Assembly (NCBI RefSeq): GCF_963921235.1
Contig: NC_086109.1
Location: 34,970,001-35,034,000 of the forward strand
DNA: 64,000 bases
Source of the DNA: Mobula hypostoma
Lineage: Eukaryota
Direction of reading: 5' to 3'
Notes under the pieces: generated by a model
What the model saw: the letters and a program-made list of their open reading frames with translations, nothing else
Told to the model about the DNA's origin: nothing
The model's database searches: none
Shown here: positions 25,042 through 38,420 of the stretch, one piece after another
How positions within the stretch are numbered: position 1 is the stretch's first letter
Layout: each line of letters begins with the position of its first letter
Position numbers and translations under genes: made by a program

Positions 25042-25439
25042 CTACAAAGCAAGATCCATTTGAGTTTCAGTTATTTCTGCATCCTTGTCTTCTCGTTAAT
25101 GAATTTCAAAAAGGCATATCTCCACTTTCATGAAAATACTTAAGACTCTATGCTGGACTTCAGTAGTAATAGAAAGCAAATTAACTAACAAAATAATTAA
25201 ATATTCCTCCTGATATTAGCTGGAGTGAAGTCAGATATCAAAATTGTCTCAGTATCATTCAGAAGGGAGCAGAATTCTTAAATAAAAGGAGAAAATAACA
25301 GGTACACTTAGCAGGTAAGGCAATATCCATGGAAGGAGACGCAGAGTTAATGTTTCTGATCAACAACTTTGTGTCAGACATTTTGTTTTCCACTGTCTTT
25401 GATCTGAGCTGCTAACTATTTCAGGGCAAAGCATTGAGT

Positions 25440-26285
25440 CATACAGTCATAAAGCCCCAGTTGTTTAGATTAGGCCCATTTTCTGCTCTGTATTCTATGC
25501 ACATAGAATATGCACATGCCAAACACCCCTGTCCAAATGCTCTTAAACATTATAATTTTGACTTTCTCTACTGCCTCCTTTCCACATAACACTATCCCTT
25601 ACATGAAAACTTACCTTCACATCTCCTTTAAATTTTTATGCCCCCACCTCAAACCTGTAGCCTCTAGTTCTCGACTCTGCTAGATAAAGGGGTGGGGAAA
25701 CATCTGACTATTCTATTTATGCCTTTCATAATTTTCTAATCATTTTACTTAAACTTGTCACTGCTCTGTCTCCGACATTTCAGTGAGAGTAAACACAGTT
25801 GATTCAATCTCTCCTTATACCTACAGCTCTCCATTCCAGGCAATGTCCTGGTAAATCTCTTCTGCATTCTCTCTATTGCTACCACATCGTTTTCTATAGT
25901 GTGGTGACCAGAACTGTGTACAATACTCCAAGTACAGTCTAACCAATGTTATCCACTACTGCAAAATGACATCCCCACTCTTATATTCAATGTCTCAGCC
26001 TTTAAAAGTTACTATACTGATTTCTTTCTTCATTACCTCATCCATATCTGTTGCTAGTTTCAGTAAGATATGTGCTTGCGTCCCAAACTCTACCTGTATA
26101 TGAATACCCGTAAGGTCTCTACCATTTACTCTATATTTCCCTCCGGAATTTGATTTCCCAAAGTGCATTACCCTTATACCTGTTTGGATAAAATTCTACC
26201 ACTCCACTCAACTTCCAGCTGGTCTATATCCCAATGTAGTCTTAGACAACTTTCCTTGCATGCAGTGATATTTCCAATCTTCATG
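25440..26285 (-). mobile_element. Old CR1 LINE fragment
   Basis: Reverse complement contains LVRLYLEYCTQFWSPHYR (gtgtggtgaccagaactgtgtacaatactccaag). Confidence 0.7.
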
Positions 26286-26837
26286 CCAATTTTCTTTGCA
26301 GTTGTTGCCAGTTCTGCTGAATGACGCCAGCATTTTCTGTTTTTATTTCAGAATTTCAGCATCTTCCATCTTTTGCTCTGATTTTAAACTGGCTTGCTTA
26401 AGGTTGCCAAAACGTACTACCCCCCCCCCCCCCCGCAATTCCTACGGGGTGTATGCACAGTGGCAGACAGAATCACGATGAATGTTTTCTCCTGTACAAA
26501 TAACATGCCGTGTTTCATTAACTAGGTTTATGAATAAAAACTAGTCATTTAGTTTGCCAATGGAGATGCACCAAGTGAAGAAACCAATTCCTTCAAAGTA
26601 GAGTTATCAAACAAGAAGGATCACTGCATATTTTATACCAGTAATTAAATAGTAGGCTAAAATGTACTGTTAGAAATGTACGTGAGAAATGTTCCCTCAT
26701 GTTGGCTGATCAGTTGTGGATCAGCTAATATTAAACCTGCAGTCTTAAAATGCAGCAGGATCAAATATGACATAGAGTGTCACATGATAGGAGTGGAAAA
26801 AAGGGATGAGTTGGAAGAACAAACTTGTCATGAACTA

Positions 26838-28003
26838 ACAGGAGAAATCCTTTAATAGTGAACTAAAGCATTTCCTATCATGAAGCAGATTGTCAAACTT
26901 GTAAAAACATTACATTTTCTGAGTGATATCCAGAAGCACACAAACTATTTAAAATGAATTTATAATCTAATAAATAACATTTAAGCAGTTTATATATAAA
27001 TATATAAAATATTTAGCTAAATATAAACTGGCAAGAGATAATCTTTTGTAGTAAACTAAAGCATTTCCATTGATGAAGCAGACTGCCAAACTTGTAAAAA
27101 CATCACATTTTCCAAATGATATCCAGAAACACACACAATTATTTAAAATAAATGTATAAATATCTGTGGAGAGGAGGAGAAGATGGCGGTGCGGCCGCTC
27201 TGGAATGATATCGTATTTGTTAACTAGGGGCTGTGCACAATCCTGATTTGATGGATACAGACGTGAGAAGCACGAAGGAACATTTGGAGAAACTTCTGAA
27301 ATGCCTGCTTCACTGTCGCGGCTACTGCCATCGAAAATCTCTGGGGGGAAGGCCCCAAATCCTTGGCTTTGTCTATTGCAGTTGCCGGAGCTGGGGTCGA
27401 AGCGCTTGGTAGAGATGGTGCTCGGTGCTCGGTGTTGGACGACTGGTCGGAGGCTCCAAGTTTTCGGACGGACTGAAGTCGGCTGTGGTCGGGTGCTTCC
27501 AGGGTGCTGCATCGGCAAGTTTGTGGCGCTGGAGGTTCATGGCAGGGAGAGTTTCTCCCTTCTACGGTCTGTGTGAGATTTCGGGAGACTTTGAGACTTC
27601 TTTTTACCGTGCCCATAGTCAGTTCTTTATCAAATTACAGTATTGCTTTGCACTGTTGTAACTATATGTTATAATTACATGGTTTTGTCAGTTTTCATTT
27701 ACATGTTACTATTTAACTATTTATGGTTCTATTACTATTTATTATTTATGGTGCAACTGTAACGAAAACCAATTTCCCCCGGGATCAATAAAGTATGACT
27801 ATGACTATTTATTTTAGTCTTAGTTTGTCTTGTGTTTCTGTGATATCATACTGGAGGAACATTGTATCATTTCTTAATGCATGCATTACTAAATGACAAT
27901 AAAAGAGGACTGCGTGTCCTCATAATCTAATCTAAATAATCTAAAAAACACATTTAAATAATGAAGATATAAATATACAAAATATTTAACTAAATATAAT
28001 CCA
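26838..28003. repeat. ~190-bp tandem duplication, second unit split by a ~770-bp insertion
   Basis: aactaaagcatttcc..gaagcaga..caaacttgtaaaaacat..gatatccagaa at about 26861 and 27053; the second unit resumes at about 27937. Confidence 0.75.
27167..27935 (+). mobile_element. Unclassified non-coding retroposon-like element
   Basis: GC/CpG-rich head beginning gagaagatggcgg; AATAAA then (AATCT)n tail; interrupts the tandem duplication; contains a nested Rex1-like tail. Confidence 0.6.
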
Positions 28004-28094
28004 TTTATAACAATTAAAAATTGACTCACGTGTAATGTTGTAGCTCTCAGCGACATAGTGGAGGTTGAGGGCAGTTTCTTTAGCAAATTCTCAC

Positions 28095-28125
28095 CTTACT
28101 GTAGGAGTCCATGGGGAATGCAAAC
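28095..28125 (-). CDS. Candidate 31-nt exon of the host gene
   Basis: ctccag acceptor, AAG|gtgaga donor; GLHSPWTPTVR; phase 1 to 2. Confidence 0.4.
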
Positions 28126-28217
28126 CTGGAGTGTAGTCAGGAAATACCAGTGAAGAACAACAATCAAACTTGAGACTTATATGTTTACATTAGGACTTTG
28201 AACATAGTGGTATTTAC

Positions 28218-28315
28218 CTGGGAGAAGTTCAACGCAAAACTGCCAATAAATCCTTGCCAGTTCGGGCCCTTTATATTCCAGTAAGGTTAAGCAACAGTAG
28301 AACCAATCCATCTGC
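28218..28315 (-). CDS. Candidate 98-nt exon of the host gene
   Basis: ttcttcag acceptor, CAG|gtaaat donor; only one open frame, QMDWFYCCLTLLEYKGPELARIYWQFCVELLP; phase 2 to 1. Confidence 0.5.
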
Positions 28316-28869
28316 CTGAAGAATGCTAACCATAATGTTCATAACGTTTTACAACAAAACTCTTCAACTTCTCACAAAGAAGTAATATTGTAAAATACTG
28401 TTTATATCTTATTGAACTTCTCTCTGTTATTTGAACTTTATTGCTACTAAATCAAACCTGTGGCTGATTGATTTAAATCTCAGAAGCCGAAGTTAAATTG
28501 AAAATCTTAGCAATGGAAAAATCAACTGAAGCTTCAATGTTAACTTTGTTCCCTTCAGCAAAACTTGAATTGGACCTATAAGCTTGACTAACTGAGAAGC
28601 AAAATACATTTAAGAACTTGTACTTGGTAGATGTAAATTGTATTAGTTCAGAAATGTGGAGTGTGGCTTCTCCCTTTTCTGTTACATGGACTTCTGTGTA
28701 AGTGTGGGCAAGCTACTCATAGTAAGCGTTTTTTGCTGTAATTGAGATGTGGTTAAGCAATACACTTCCCTGTGTGACAGCAAGCTAATATCTTTATTTG
28801 TAATAAAGTAAAATAGAAACAATGGATAGCAAATAGAAACTTCAACTATTGGTGGAAATAGATCATAAA

Positions 28870-29835
28870 CCTCAAGACCTTAAGAAATAACAGTAGAATT
28901 AGTCCATTTGGTTCATTGAGTCTGATCAACCATTCAATCATGGATGTTTTTCACTTTCATTTTCCTGATTTCTCCCTGTAACCCTTAACTCCCTTACCAA
29001 TCAAAAACCTTTTCATTATCCGCCTGAAATACATACAATGCCTTGGCTTCCACACCTCTCCATGGCAATAATTTCCACAGACTGGGTGAGTAAATTCCTC
29101 CTCATCTCAATTATAAAGGGATTACCCTTTATTCTGAGGCTGTGCGTTCAGAACATACACTATTCTACTAATAGTAATATCCTCTCCACATCCACTCTAC
29201 CCAGGCCTTTCACCCCCACCCACCCTGTCCTCCTGAGCTCCACCGAGTACAGATTTGAAGCCATCAAATGCTCCTCATATGTGAAGTCTCAGATTATTCT
29301 TGTGAACCTACTCTGGACCCTGTCTAGTGTCTGCACAATCCTTTCTTGGATATGGTACCCATAATTGCTCACAATGTTCCAAAAGTGATTTGACAGATGC
29401 CTTATTAAGCTTCAGCAGTACATCTTTGCTTTCTTATTCCACTCCTCGCTAAATGTATGTTAACACTGCATTTGTCTTATCTACTACCAACTCACCTGAA
29501 AGATAATCTTAAAGAAAACCTGGACTCCCACATCTCTTTGTACCTCTAATTTTCCAAATTCACTTCCCATTCAGATGATTTTCTACACCTTCATTCTTCC
29601 TGCAGAAGTTCATAACCCAACATTTCCCTACACTGTATTCCATCTGCTACTTCTTTGCTCACTCTCTCAACCTGTTCAAGTCTTTCTACAGACTGTCTGC
29701 CTCTGCAGCACTACCTGTCCCTTCGCTTTTCTTGGTATCATCGGCAATCTTGCCATCAGTTCCTTCATCCAGATAGTTAAAGAATGAAAGTGAAACGCTG
29801 CGGTCCTAACATTGATCCTGAGAAACTCCACAAGT
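28870..29835 (-). mobile_element. Old CR1 LINE fragment
   Basis: Reverse complement of CR1 RT C-terminus and 3' UTR, heavily degenerate. Confidence 0.65.
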
Positions 29836-30076
29836 CACAAGTACAATAGACGTTAAGGCAGCACGTGCTGCTCTTTTTGGACACTGGTATAATTGTTGCC
29901 CTTTTGAAGCAGGTAGGAAATTCTGACTGTAGCAATGAGAGATTGAAAATATCTTTGAAATGATATTTAAATGTCTCTGAATATTCTTCTTCTTGATGCT
30001 GTACACAATCACTAAAAAGCCTGTCTGCTCTCTCACATTTATACTGTCTTCACACACGATTTATTTTTTCAGATAC

Positions 30077-30118
30077 CTTCTGGAGATGTACATAAATCCC
30101 AGATATCCACAATTAATG
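30077..30118 (-). CDS. Candidate 42-nt exon (alternative acceptor would extend it to 30134)
   Basis: ttttacag acceptor, AAG|gtatct donor; INCGYLGFMYISR; phase 2 to 2. Confidence 0.35.
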
Positions 30119-31371
30119 CTGTAAAACTGACTCCCTGAGTACACAAACATTCCAACTATTAATGAATGAGCTATTTGATGTGCTAATGGATCGTATCAAT
30201 ATGGGCTGCAAGCTTCTTTTAACTAAGTAACTTAACCAGTGTTGTCTGTTCTCATATGGCCAATTAACATAAACTTAACATTTTACACAGAATCTCTTGA
30301 GCAGCTGTGGGCCAGCAAGTCTGCTCTATAAACAGTGCAGTTTTCAAAGCTGTCCTTTTAACTTCAGACTGATTATTGCTCACCACTCACATTAAGAACT
30401 GAAGACTGGCTCCTGTTTATGATAATATGCTAAAAAAAAGAACATTGGTTGGAAGTTTAACTTAGTCAAAAACAACCCTTTGATCTTTAAAAGTGCTAGC
30501 TGCTGTGCTCAGAAAGCTGAGTTTGGCAAAGAAGAAAGCCCTCCTGGCCCTGGGCAGTGAATACCAATCACCATTTAACATTTTAATTCAATATTAAATC
30601 AATCAATCTTAAATACAAATAGAAAATGCTGGAAAATTAACAGGTTAGGCAACATTTGTGAAAAGAGAAACAGCATTAACATTTCAGTTCAAAACTCGTG
30701 ATGAAAAGCATTTATAAAACATTGAAAAGTGCTTTTGGCAGTAGAGGCCATCACAGACTGTCAGGGCAGCATTTAGGGGAGGGCCTCATTATAGGGTGCC
30801 TAGAGTCTTGGTTGCAGCTAATGGCTACTCTGCTCATGGGATGATTACAGAAGTGAGACCTGAAAGTCATTGTGAGAGTCAATATGATGACATGGCTAAC
30901 ACTGAGGATGAGGGGATGAGCAGGGTGCGTATGGATGGTGGAAAGCACATCAATTATAGCCCAAAATTTAAATCATACTGCAAATACGGAAAATCTAAAG
31001 TTAAATAGAGACACTCAACCCATCAGGAAGGACTTGTGGAGAGAGGAAAGGATATTTCAGATCAAAGTTAGCACATTGTGAATTTAATTGTTAATTTCAA
31101 TTTCCTGTTCCTTAAGGTACAGTATGACCCAACTGTAGCAGTCTCTTTCTTATTTACTTTATATTTTTGGTTTTACCATGAAATTCTTTTGAAGTTTGAT
31201 TCTAAAAGTTTTGCATCCATTTTAAATATACATCAATCATTTCAACGTCAACTTTAGTTTTGTTGTATTTATTATTATTCATATAATCTCAAAGTCATAA
31301 TGGAATAATTTGATTGCCACCCTAATTCTTCTCAGAATTTTATATATTAATGTGAAAAACAGTGTTTACCA

Positions 31372-31462
31372 TCCTGATGAAGGGTCTTGGTCTGAAGCGT
31401 CAACTGTACTCTTTTCCATAGATGCTGCCTGGCCTGCTGAGTTCTTCCAGCATTGTGTGTGT
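31372..31462 (+). mobile_element. Penelope pLTR mini-fragment starting at a degenerate hammerhead
   Basis: tcCTGATGAagggtcttggtctGAAGcgtcaactg...gatgctgcctggcctgctgagttc. Confidence 0.8.
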
Positions 31463-31581
31463 ATAGCTTTTACTTTCAACCCAGTTTGAACAAAGTACTG
31501 TAAAATTCCTACTGCCCTTATTAAAAATACATCATTGTCTCGTCCTATTAATGGGAAAATCTGAATGTGAGGAATGCTTAC

Positions 31582-31639
31582 ATAGGCACTAAGTCATTCT
31601 CTGTACAATGAACAGATCTTGCTTGACACAAATGATTCC
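31582..31639 (-). CDS. Candidate 58-nt exon of the host gene
   Basis: ctgttctctacag acceptor, gtaagc donor; one open frame, NHLCQARSVHCTENDLVP; phase 1 to 2. Confidence 0.4.
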
Positions 31640-32597
31640 CTGTAGAGAACAGATTGCTTACAGTGAAGAATATCCACTAAAAGAATGTTTTCCCAAATTT
31701 TTACTACAATTGCATGCTCAATTACTGCAAAAATTTACATGCAATTTTATTAGTGCTAATCATCCCAAGAAATTGTTAAGGTTTTTTGCAAAATATGATG
31801 TTTCTTTATAATTTGAACTTCGAACTTTTCATTTGTCTTGTCTGTTCCTTACACAAAGGATTCTTATTGATAAAAATGAGATTAATCTAGGCTTTGTACA
31901 CATTTACTGTGCAGATTGCTAACCAATCATAAAACTTCATTAGGTTTCTACAAGAGAAACATCCATCATGCAGTGCACAGGGAATCTTAATTATCAAATA
32001 ATCTCCAACACTTGGCCTGCTGTAGGAACTTACTGCAAATACAAAATAGATTACTCCTAACATGAAGCTTCATTTTTCAGAGAATGAGAAAAGAGTCTTC
32101 ATATTAAGAGATTATGAATCGTGATTCTACATGCTGATCAGACTTCCAAAGCTGAATGTGTACATTTTTAAGTGTCAAAGATATGATGCAAAAAGAATGT
32201 AACCTCTCATCCCTAAATGTTTGTGCAACATTTTAACCATAAACTATTGAAATATCTTTCAATATTTTCAATATTTAAACCATAAATGGAGGATATCTCA
32301 CTGGTCGAATTACAGCCTGCTGATAATCTGCTTTAGGAGTGAATTAGGAGACCACTACTTAGTAGCCTTTCCTTGTATGCCTCAGAGACAAATAATGGGA
32401 AATAAAGATTGGGTTGATAGAAAGAGAAAGTAAAACAAAACAAAGGTAAAGTTTAATGATAATTATTAAATTAAATGATTAAATTATTAATAATTGAATA
32501 AATTAGTTCAATTCAATTAATTGAATGAGGCCTTGTGCTGGTAAAAGTTAATTTTGAGAACCAGGGAGGTTTTGACAAAATCTGATCCTTGTCATTA

Positions 32598-32915
32598 AGG
32601 TTTTTTCCCAGGGCTGAAATGGCTAACACGAGACGGCATAGTTTTAAGGTGCTTGGAAGTAGGTGCAGAGGGGATGTCAGAGGTAAGTTTTTCACACAGA
32701 GGGTGGTGGGTGTGTGGAATGTACTGCCGGCGACTGTGGTGGAGGCAGATACAATAGGGTCTTTTAAGAGACTCTTAGTTAGGTACATGGAACTGAGAGA
32801 AATAAAGGGCTATGCAGTAGGGTAATTCTAGGCAGTTTCTAGAGTAGGTTACATGGTCAGCACAACATTGTGGGCTGAAGGGCCTGTAAAGTGCTGTAGA
32901 TTTTTATGTTCTATG
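32598..32915 (+). mobile_element. CR1 LINE 3' fragment
   Basis: FFPRAEMANTRRHSFKVLG..FFTQRVVGVWNVLP; tail ttttatgttctatg. Confidence 0.85.
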
Positions 32916-34135
32916 TAACACAGCAGTTAAGCTGAAATGGACCTTTCAGTAGTGTGTTAAATTTGTATCCATAGTCTAAATTCAAGAATTATGGGGAGTT
33001 TAATGCATTTTACTTGTGAGTTGGGAAAAAAGTGTGCCATTTTTTTCTTCAGGCTAAATGTGTCTGTTGAAGTTTGTGCTTTCCAACTTACTGAAGAGCC
33101 ACTTTCATTTGCATATAGCAGAGCCATGGAATCATGCAAGCAGGGAGGCAGGCCATTCATCACAGTTCATCCATGCTAACCAAGATGCCCAGCAAACTAT
33201 TCCCGTCTGCCTAAGTTTGGCTCATAGCCCTCTAAACCTTTTCAATCCATGTACTTACTTAGATGGCCTTTAAGTGTTGCTAGAGTGCCAGCCTCAACCA
33301 CTGTTCTGGCAACTAATTCCAAATATGCATCACCCCTTGTGTGAAAAAGCTGCCTGTGATATTCTTTTTAAATCTCTTGCTTCTGATCTTAGACCTCTTG
33401 TTTTTAGTACCCCCTCTCTGGGATAAAGACTATGTGGCTTCACTATTCCTCCATCATGATCTTATATGCCTCTATTAGATCCCAGAATCTCCTATATTAC
33501 AGGAAATAAGGTCCTAATCTGTGCAACCTTTCAGGCAACCTCCTAGGAAACTTTTCTGCACTCTTTCTAGTATTATAAAAGCATTCTTCTTATAACAGGG
33601 TGACCAAAATTACACAATACTACATGTGTAATTTTCACAAGTGTAATCATCATTACCAAAGTCATATGTAACAGAAATATAACTTCTGAACTCCCATACT
33701 CATTGCCTGAATGATGAAGGCTAAGGTGGCAACTGCCACCTTCACCACCTTATTTACCATTAAAGCTACTTTCAGTGAACTCTTGGATACTTCTGTTCCA
33801 TAACACTCTTCAGGGTCCTAGCATTCACTTATAAACCCTACCCTGGTTTGATCCTTCAAAAGTAGATCACTTCATTGAAATCTAGTTTCAGAACCATTTG
33901 CCAACCCTCATACCATTAAGATCCCCCTGTAATTTTTCAGAACCCACTACACTATTCATAACACCACTGACTTTACTATCATCTGCAAGCTTACCAACCA
34001 TGCCTGTTACATTCACATACAAATTATGTATATAAACTACAAAAAAAAACAAAGGTTCCTGCACTAACCACTCTGGCACGCAGGCTTCCAAAGTTGAAAG
34101 TAAATTTATTTTCAAAGTATATACAGTACACTACC

Positions 34136-37100
34136 TGTTCGTATATTTTGTAACTCCAAAACATAAAACTAATTGAACGAAAAACACAGTGCTGGGATAA
34201 CTCGTGTACATTCTTAATCTTACTTTCAGTGAAACACTCCCACATGACGTGGTGGCATGGTGATGTATGCCATTCACACATGTACTTTTACATATCAACC
34301 AAAATGAACAAAGAACTCTTAATCAAGCAATATATTTACAACATTACTTGAATATTACTGAAATATTAAATATACAACGCCCTGCTTGGCTATAAACTCC
34401 AACTCAATATCAAACTATTATCCATTGTCAGTAATTTGGAACGCCAGTCCTTGAGAAGAGGCTTCTCAACACATCGACAGTGTGTGAAGCTATAGTGGAG
34501 ACTTTTGGGAACACTTCCAGCCACTTTATAGCTGCATCCACAACTACCAAGAAATTGGTGCCCATGAATTGTCCAGCAAAATCCACATGAATCCTTTGCC
34601 AGGGTAATACATTCCATTCTCAGGGATGGAGAGGTGCTGCTCCTGCCATCTTCTGGATGTGTTGGGATTCCAAACAGTGTATGTGAGCTGCTTGTTATCC
34701 TGATCTATTCCAGGCCATCAGACAAACCTTCAAGCCAAAAGTCTTATTTTGACCAGTCCTCAATGACCAATACATATATCCTCCAACACATTAGCTCTAG
34801 GCTTGGATGATATAACATCTCTCAATCCCTTCATTTAAGGCAACCTCCATCAAGGGCAGGGTCATCCTGATGCTTGTGAATATGGGAGAGCTGCAATTTC
34901 TGCTGCACATTGCAGCTATTTTGAGTTGCCATGTATACCTGAGATAACCTGAGTGTCTCTTCTGGTTTCCTTTTGGATCATCTCTGCCATAATAGGGAGT
35001 CTTTTGATTTGCATTAGGGAGAATACATCAAGTGGAGTGTCCTCTTTTGTAGATTTTTCAGGTACTTCCTTTTCCAAGGGTAAATAGGGCAATCCATCAG
35101 CATTTCCATGATTAGTCGTCCTCTTGAGTTCAAGCTTGTAACTGTGTCTTCCAAGAAACAGAGCCCATCATTGCATTCATGGTTCTGCTATGATTGGAGC
35201 AGCCTTCTGTGTATTGAAAATGGATGCTAATACTTAATTATCAGTCATAAAAGTAAACTCTTCCCCATTCAAATATTGCTTGAAATGTTTTCGACCCCAA
35301 GCCAAGGCCTCCCTGTCAATCTTTCTCTGTGGCGGTAAGGGAATATGATGCAAAGGCTATGGGGTGTTCACTTCCACCACTCATACCATGTAACCTGACT
35401 CTACCTATACCATAAGGTGAGACCTCACAAGCAAGCTTCGCTGGACAATGTGGATCAGAACATGTGAGTACAGTGTCTGTCATCACCATTTCCTTTATCT
35501 TTTGGAAAGACATCTCTCTGCTTTGTCCATTATAATTTCTTCCAGATTTGCAATAATGAATTCAAAGGGTGGAGCACAGTAGCCAGGTTTGGCAGGAACC
35601 TGGCATTTCCTAAAAAGGACCACAACTGTGACTCATCTTTTGACCTTGTGGTATTAACCACTACTTGAATTTTCTCAGCACACTGTATAATTCATGTGTG
35701 TCAATGGTGCAACCACAGTAGGTTCTGCTTCATTTAGAGAATTTGCAGTTATTTTGTTGTGCTCTGAGCCCATAATCTTCAAATCTTTTAACATTGGCTT
35801 GAGATCTTGGAGTTGTTTTTAGTCATCTTTACTGGTAACAGTGATGTCATCTGGGTAACACTGCATGCCTGGACAGCCTTGCAGCACCTGTTCCAAAGCT
35901 TTATGCCAGAGTGCAGGTGCAGATGGTACTCCAAAAATAAGCCTATTATAGCGATAAAGCCCTTTGTGAGTGTTTATGGTGAGAAACACTTTGGATTCTT
36001 ATTCCACCTCCATCTGTAGGAAGGCCTCAGCTAAGTGCACTTTGATGAAGAGCTTCCCTCCAGAAAGGTTTGCAAAAATATCCTCTATCCCTGGCAGAGG
36101 GTGTTGATCTACTTTCAGTACAGGATTCATTGTAACCTTAAAATCACCACAGATCATGAAAGTTGTATTCTTCTTGGCTGTTGGAATTACTGGTGTTGCC
36201 CATGGGCTCCATTCAACCTTGGAAAGAATTTCTTCAGCCTCCATGCAATCTAGCTCACTGACTACTTAATCGTGGATGGTATAAGGAACCAAACAGGCTT
36301 TACATAACTTGGGTGTGGCATTTTTATTTACCCTTTACTATTTTACCCTTGCTGTGTTTGAGCTTTCCAATACCATTCTTGAATACTGCTGAGGCATCAT
36401 CCTGTACCTTTCTTAATTCACTTCAGTTGACTCTTTTACAGGGGATGTGGCATGCAAATGGTGGCTGGATCTGCAGTCACATTGTAGTTGTCACAGCCAT
36501 TCATGGTGCCACATTGCTGGGCCTCCTGTTTTTACCACATACAAGCCCAATGTAGCTTGTTAGTTGTGGTATTTCACTGTTATGAATGCCGTTCCCACAG
36601 GAGTTATCATCTTTCCAACATAAATTCTTAGCTGGATATCTGATTCAGTTCACTATCTTTGAAATGATGTTCAAACTCATTTTGTGGAATGACTGAAACA
36701 GGTGAGTTATTGTCCAGTTCCAATTTAATTAGACCACAGGACCATAAGATCATAACGCATAGGAGCAGAATTAGGCCATCTGGTCCATCGAGTCTGCTCC
36801 GCCATTCAATCATGGCTAATCCATTTTCCTATCTCCTCCTCAACCCCAGTTCCTGATCTTCTCCCCGTAACCTTTGATGCCATGTCCAATCAAGAACCAA
36901 TTAATTTGCCATTCACTTCTGGCGTAAGCCATATTGCTTATCTCCTGTTGGTTTTTACATTGTAAATATCGAGGTCACTCTCATCAGATTCTTCATCAGC
37001 AGCATGTAGATTAGTAATCTTTTTGAAGCTGCAACTTGATTTTTTTTTTCTCTTCTCAGTGCAGCCCAGTTATTTTTGTCTGCCTGACATGTTCATTGTA

Positions 37101-38189
37101 TATGTCCTAGTTTGTGGCATTTTCTGCAAGTTTTGCTTTAAACCAGCATTGGTCTTGTGTATGTGAGCCCCTGCTACAATGCACAGTTGTATCTCTGTCT
37201 GCTGTTTCCATTAATACAGTGATTTAAATGGTTCTTTAAAAGCTGTGTTTCAGTATGGAGCCATTTTTGAATGCCTGCTTGTAAGAATCCACAAACTAAA
37301 TGATCTCTCAATGCAAGATTAAGCCCATCATTGAACTTACAATGCTCAGACAATCTCTTCAATCCAGCCACGTAGGCTGAAATAGGCTCCTCTTCCTTTT
37401 GATTTCACTTATAAAACCTAACGTGTTCTGCAATCAACAATAGTTTTGGTTCTAAATGTTCCCGTATCACTTTAAAGATATCAGCAAAGCTCAGTTCATC
37501 TGGTTTCATTAGAGCAGTTAAACTTCTAAGCAAACTGTATGCTTTTCCAACAATTACATGCAGCAAAACTGGCGCTCGCTTCTAATTGGCTATTTCATTT
37601 GCTTCAGAATACAGCTCAGTTTACTCAGTACACATCAGCCAGTTATCTTCTGTGCAATTGAATGCTTCTATCTTTCTGTGTAGCCAACCATCTCTGCTCT
37701 TTTTTTATTTATGATTTTTGTATCATCTAGTACTCACTGTTTATGAACCGGAGAAATTATCTGTTTTCTGCCTTTTTTTAGCTTAACCATTTCAGTCCCT
37801 TCCTGAAGAAGCACATGCTGCACAGTTTTTTAGCTCAACCATTTCTGACTCTTCTCAAAGAAGCTCATGCTGTGCCATTTTTTTACTTGACTATTTCTTC
37901 CTGCACTACTTTTTTAACTTGAACATCTCACTTGCTTCAATAGGTAGGTAGTCATTTCAGTTTAAATAAAACTAATTGAAAGTATGGAGCCAGGATAACT
38001 AATGTATGTTCTTAGTGTTACTTTTAGCGAGACATGCACAATGACAGGTTGACATGATGATGTATGCCATTCACATACTTTTACATATAACTCGTAAAGT
38101 ATTAATTAATTAATTCTACAAGGAATGCTTAATCAAATGATGTGTTTACAATATTACTCAAATATTACTGAAATATTAAATGCACAACA
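34136..38189 (-). mobile_element. Old, degenerate canonical Ty3/Gypsy element (gag-PR-RT-RH-IN order)
   Basis: Diverged ~240-bp LTRs (~34136-34379 and ~37960-38189); gag LKRLSEHCKFNDGLNLALRDHLVCG; PR IKLELD..VSVIP; RT WSPWATPV..ICGDFKVTMNP; RH LACEVSPYGIG..PIAFAS; integrase remnants ~34400-34800. Confidence 0.85.
36733..36897 (-). mobile_element. CR1 3' tail inserted in the Gypsy protease region
   Basis: agaccacaggaccataagatcataa...ggagcagaattaggccat is the reverse complement of a CR1 3' UTR. Confidence 0.8.
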
Positions 38190-38420
38190 TATGCCACCAT
38201 ATACAACCCTGAGCTTAGTTTCCTTATGGGCAGACATAGTAAATCCAAGAAACACAATATGATCAATAAAAGACAGCACCCAAGAGGATGCACAAGCAGC
38301 CAATGTGCAAGAATAATAGTAATAATAAAATTTAAGTACTAAATATTGAGAACATGAGATAATGAGTCTTTGAGAGTGAGTCCATAGTTTGTGGTAACAG
38401 TTCAGTGATGAGACCGCTGT
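38190..38420 (-). mobile_element. Rex1-like LINE 3' tail (other half at ~34091-34130), split by the Gypsy element
   Basis: Both halves match the uninterrupted tail at about 43515-43790. Confidence 0.65.

Noticed and set aside
28089..28097. In-frame TGA as a selenocysteine codon
   Set aside because: The context matches no selenoprotein motif I know, no SECIS was identified, and a donor site at the same spot removes the stop
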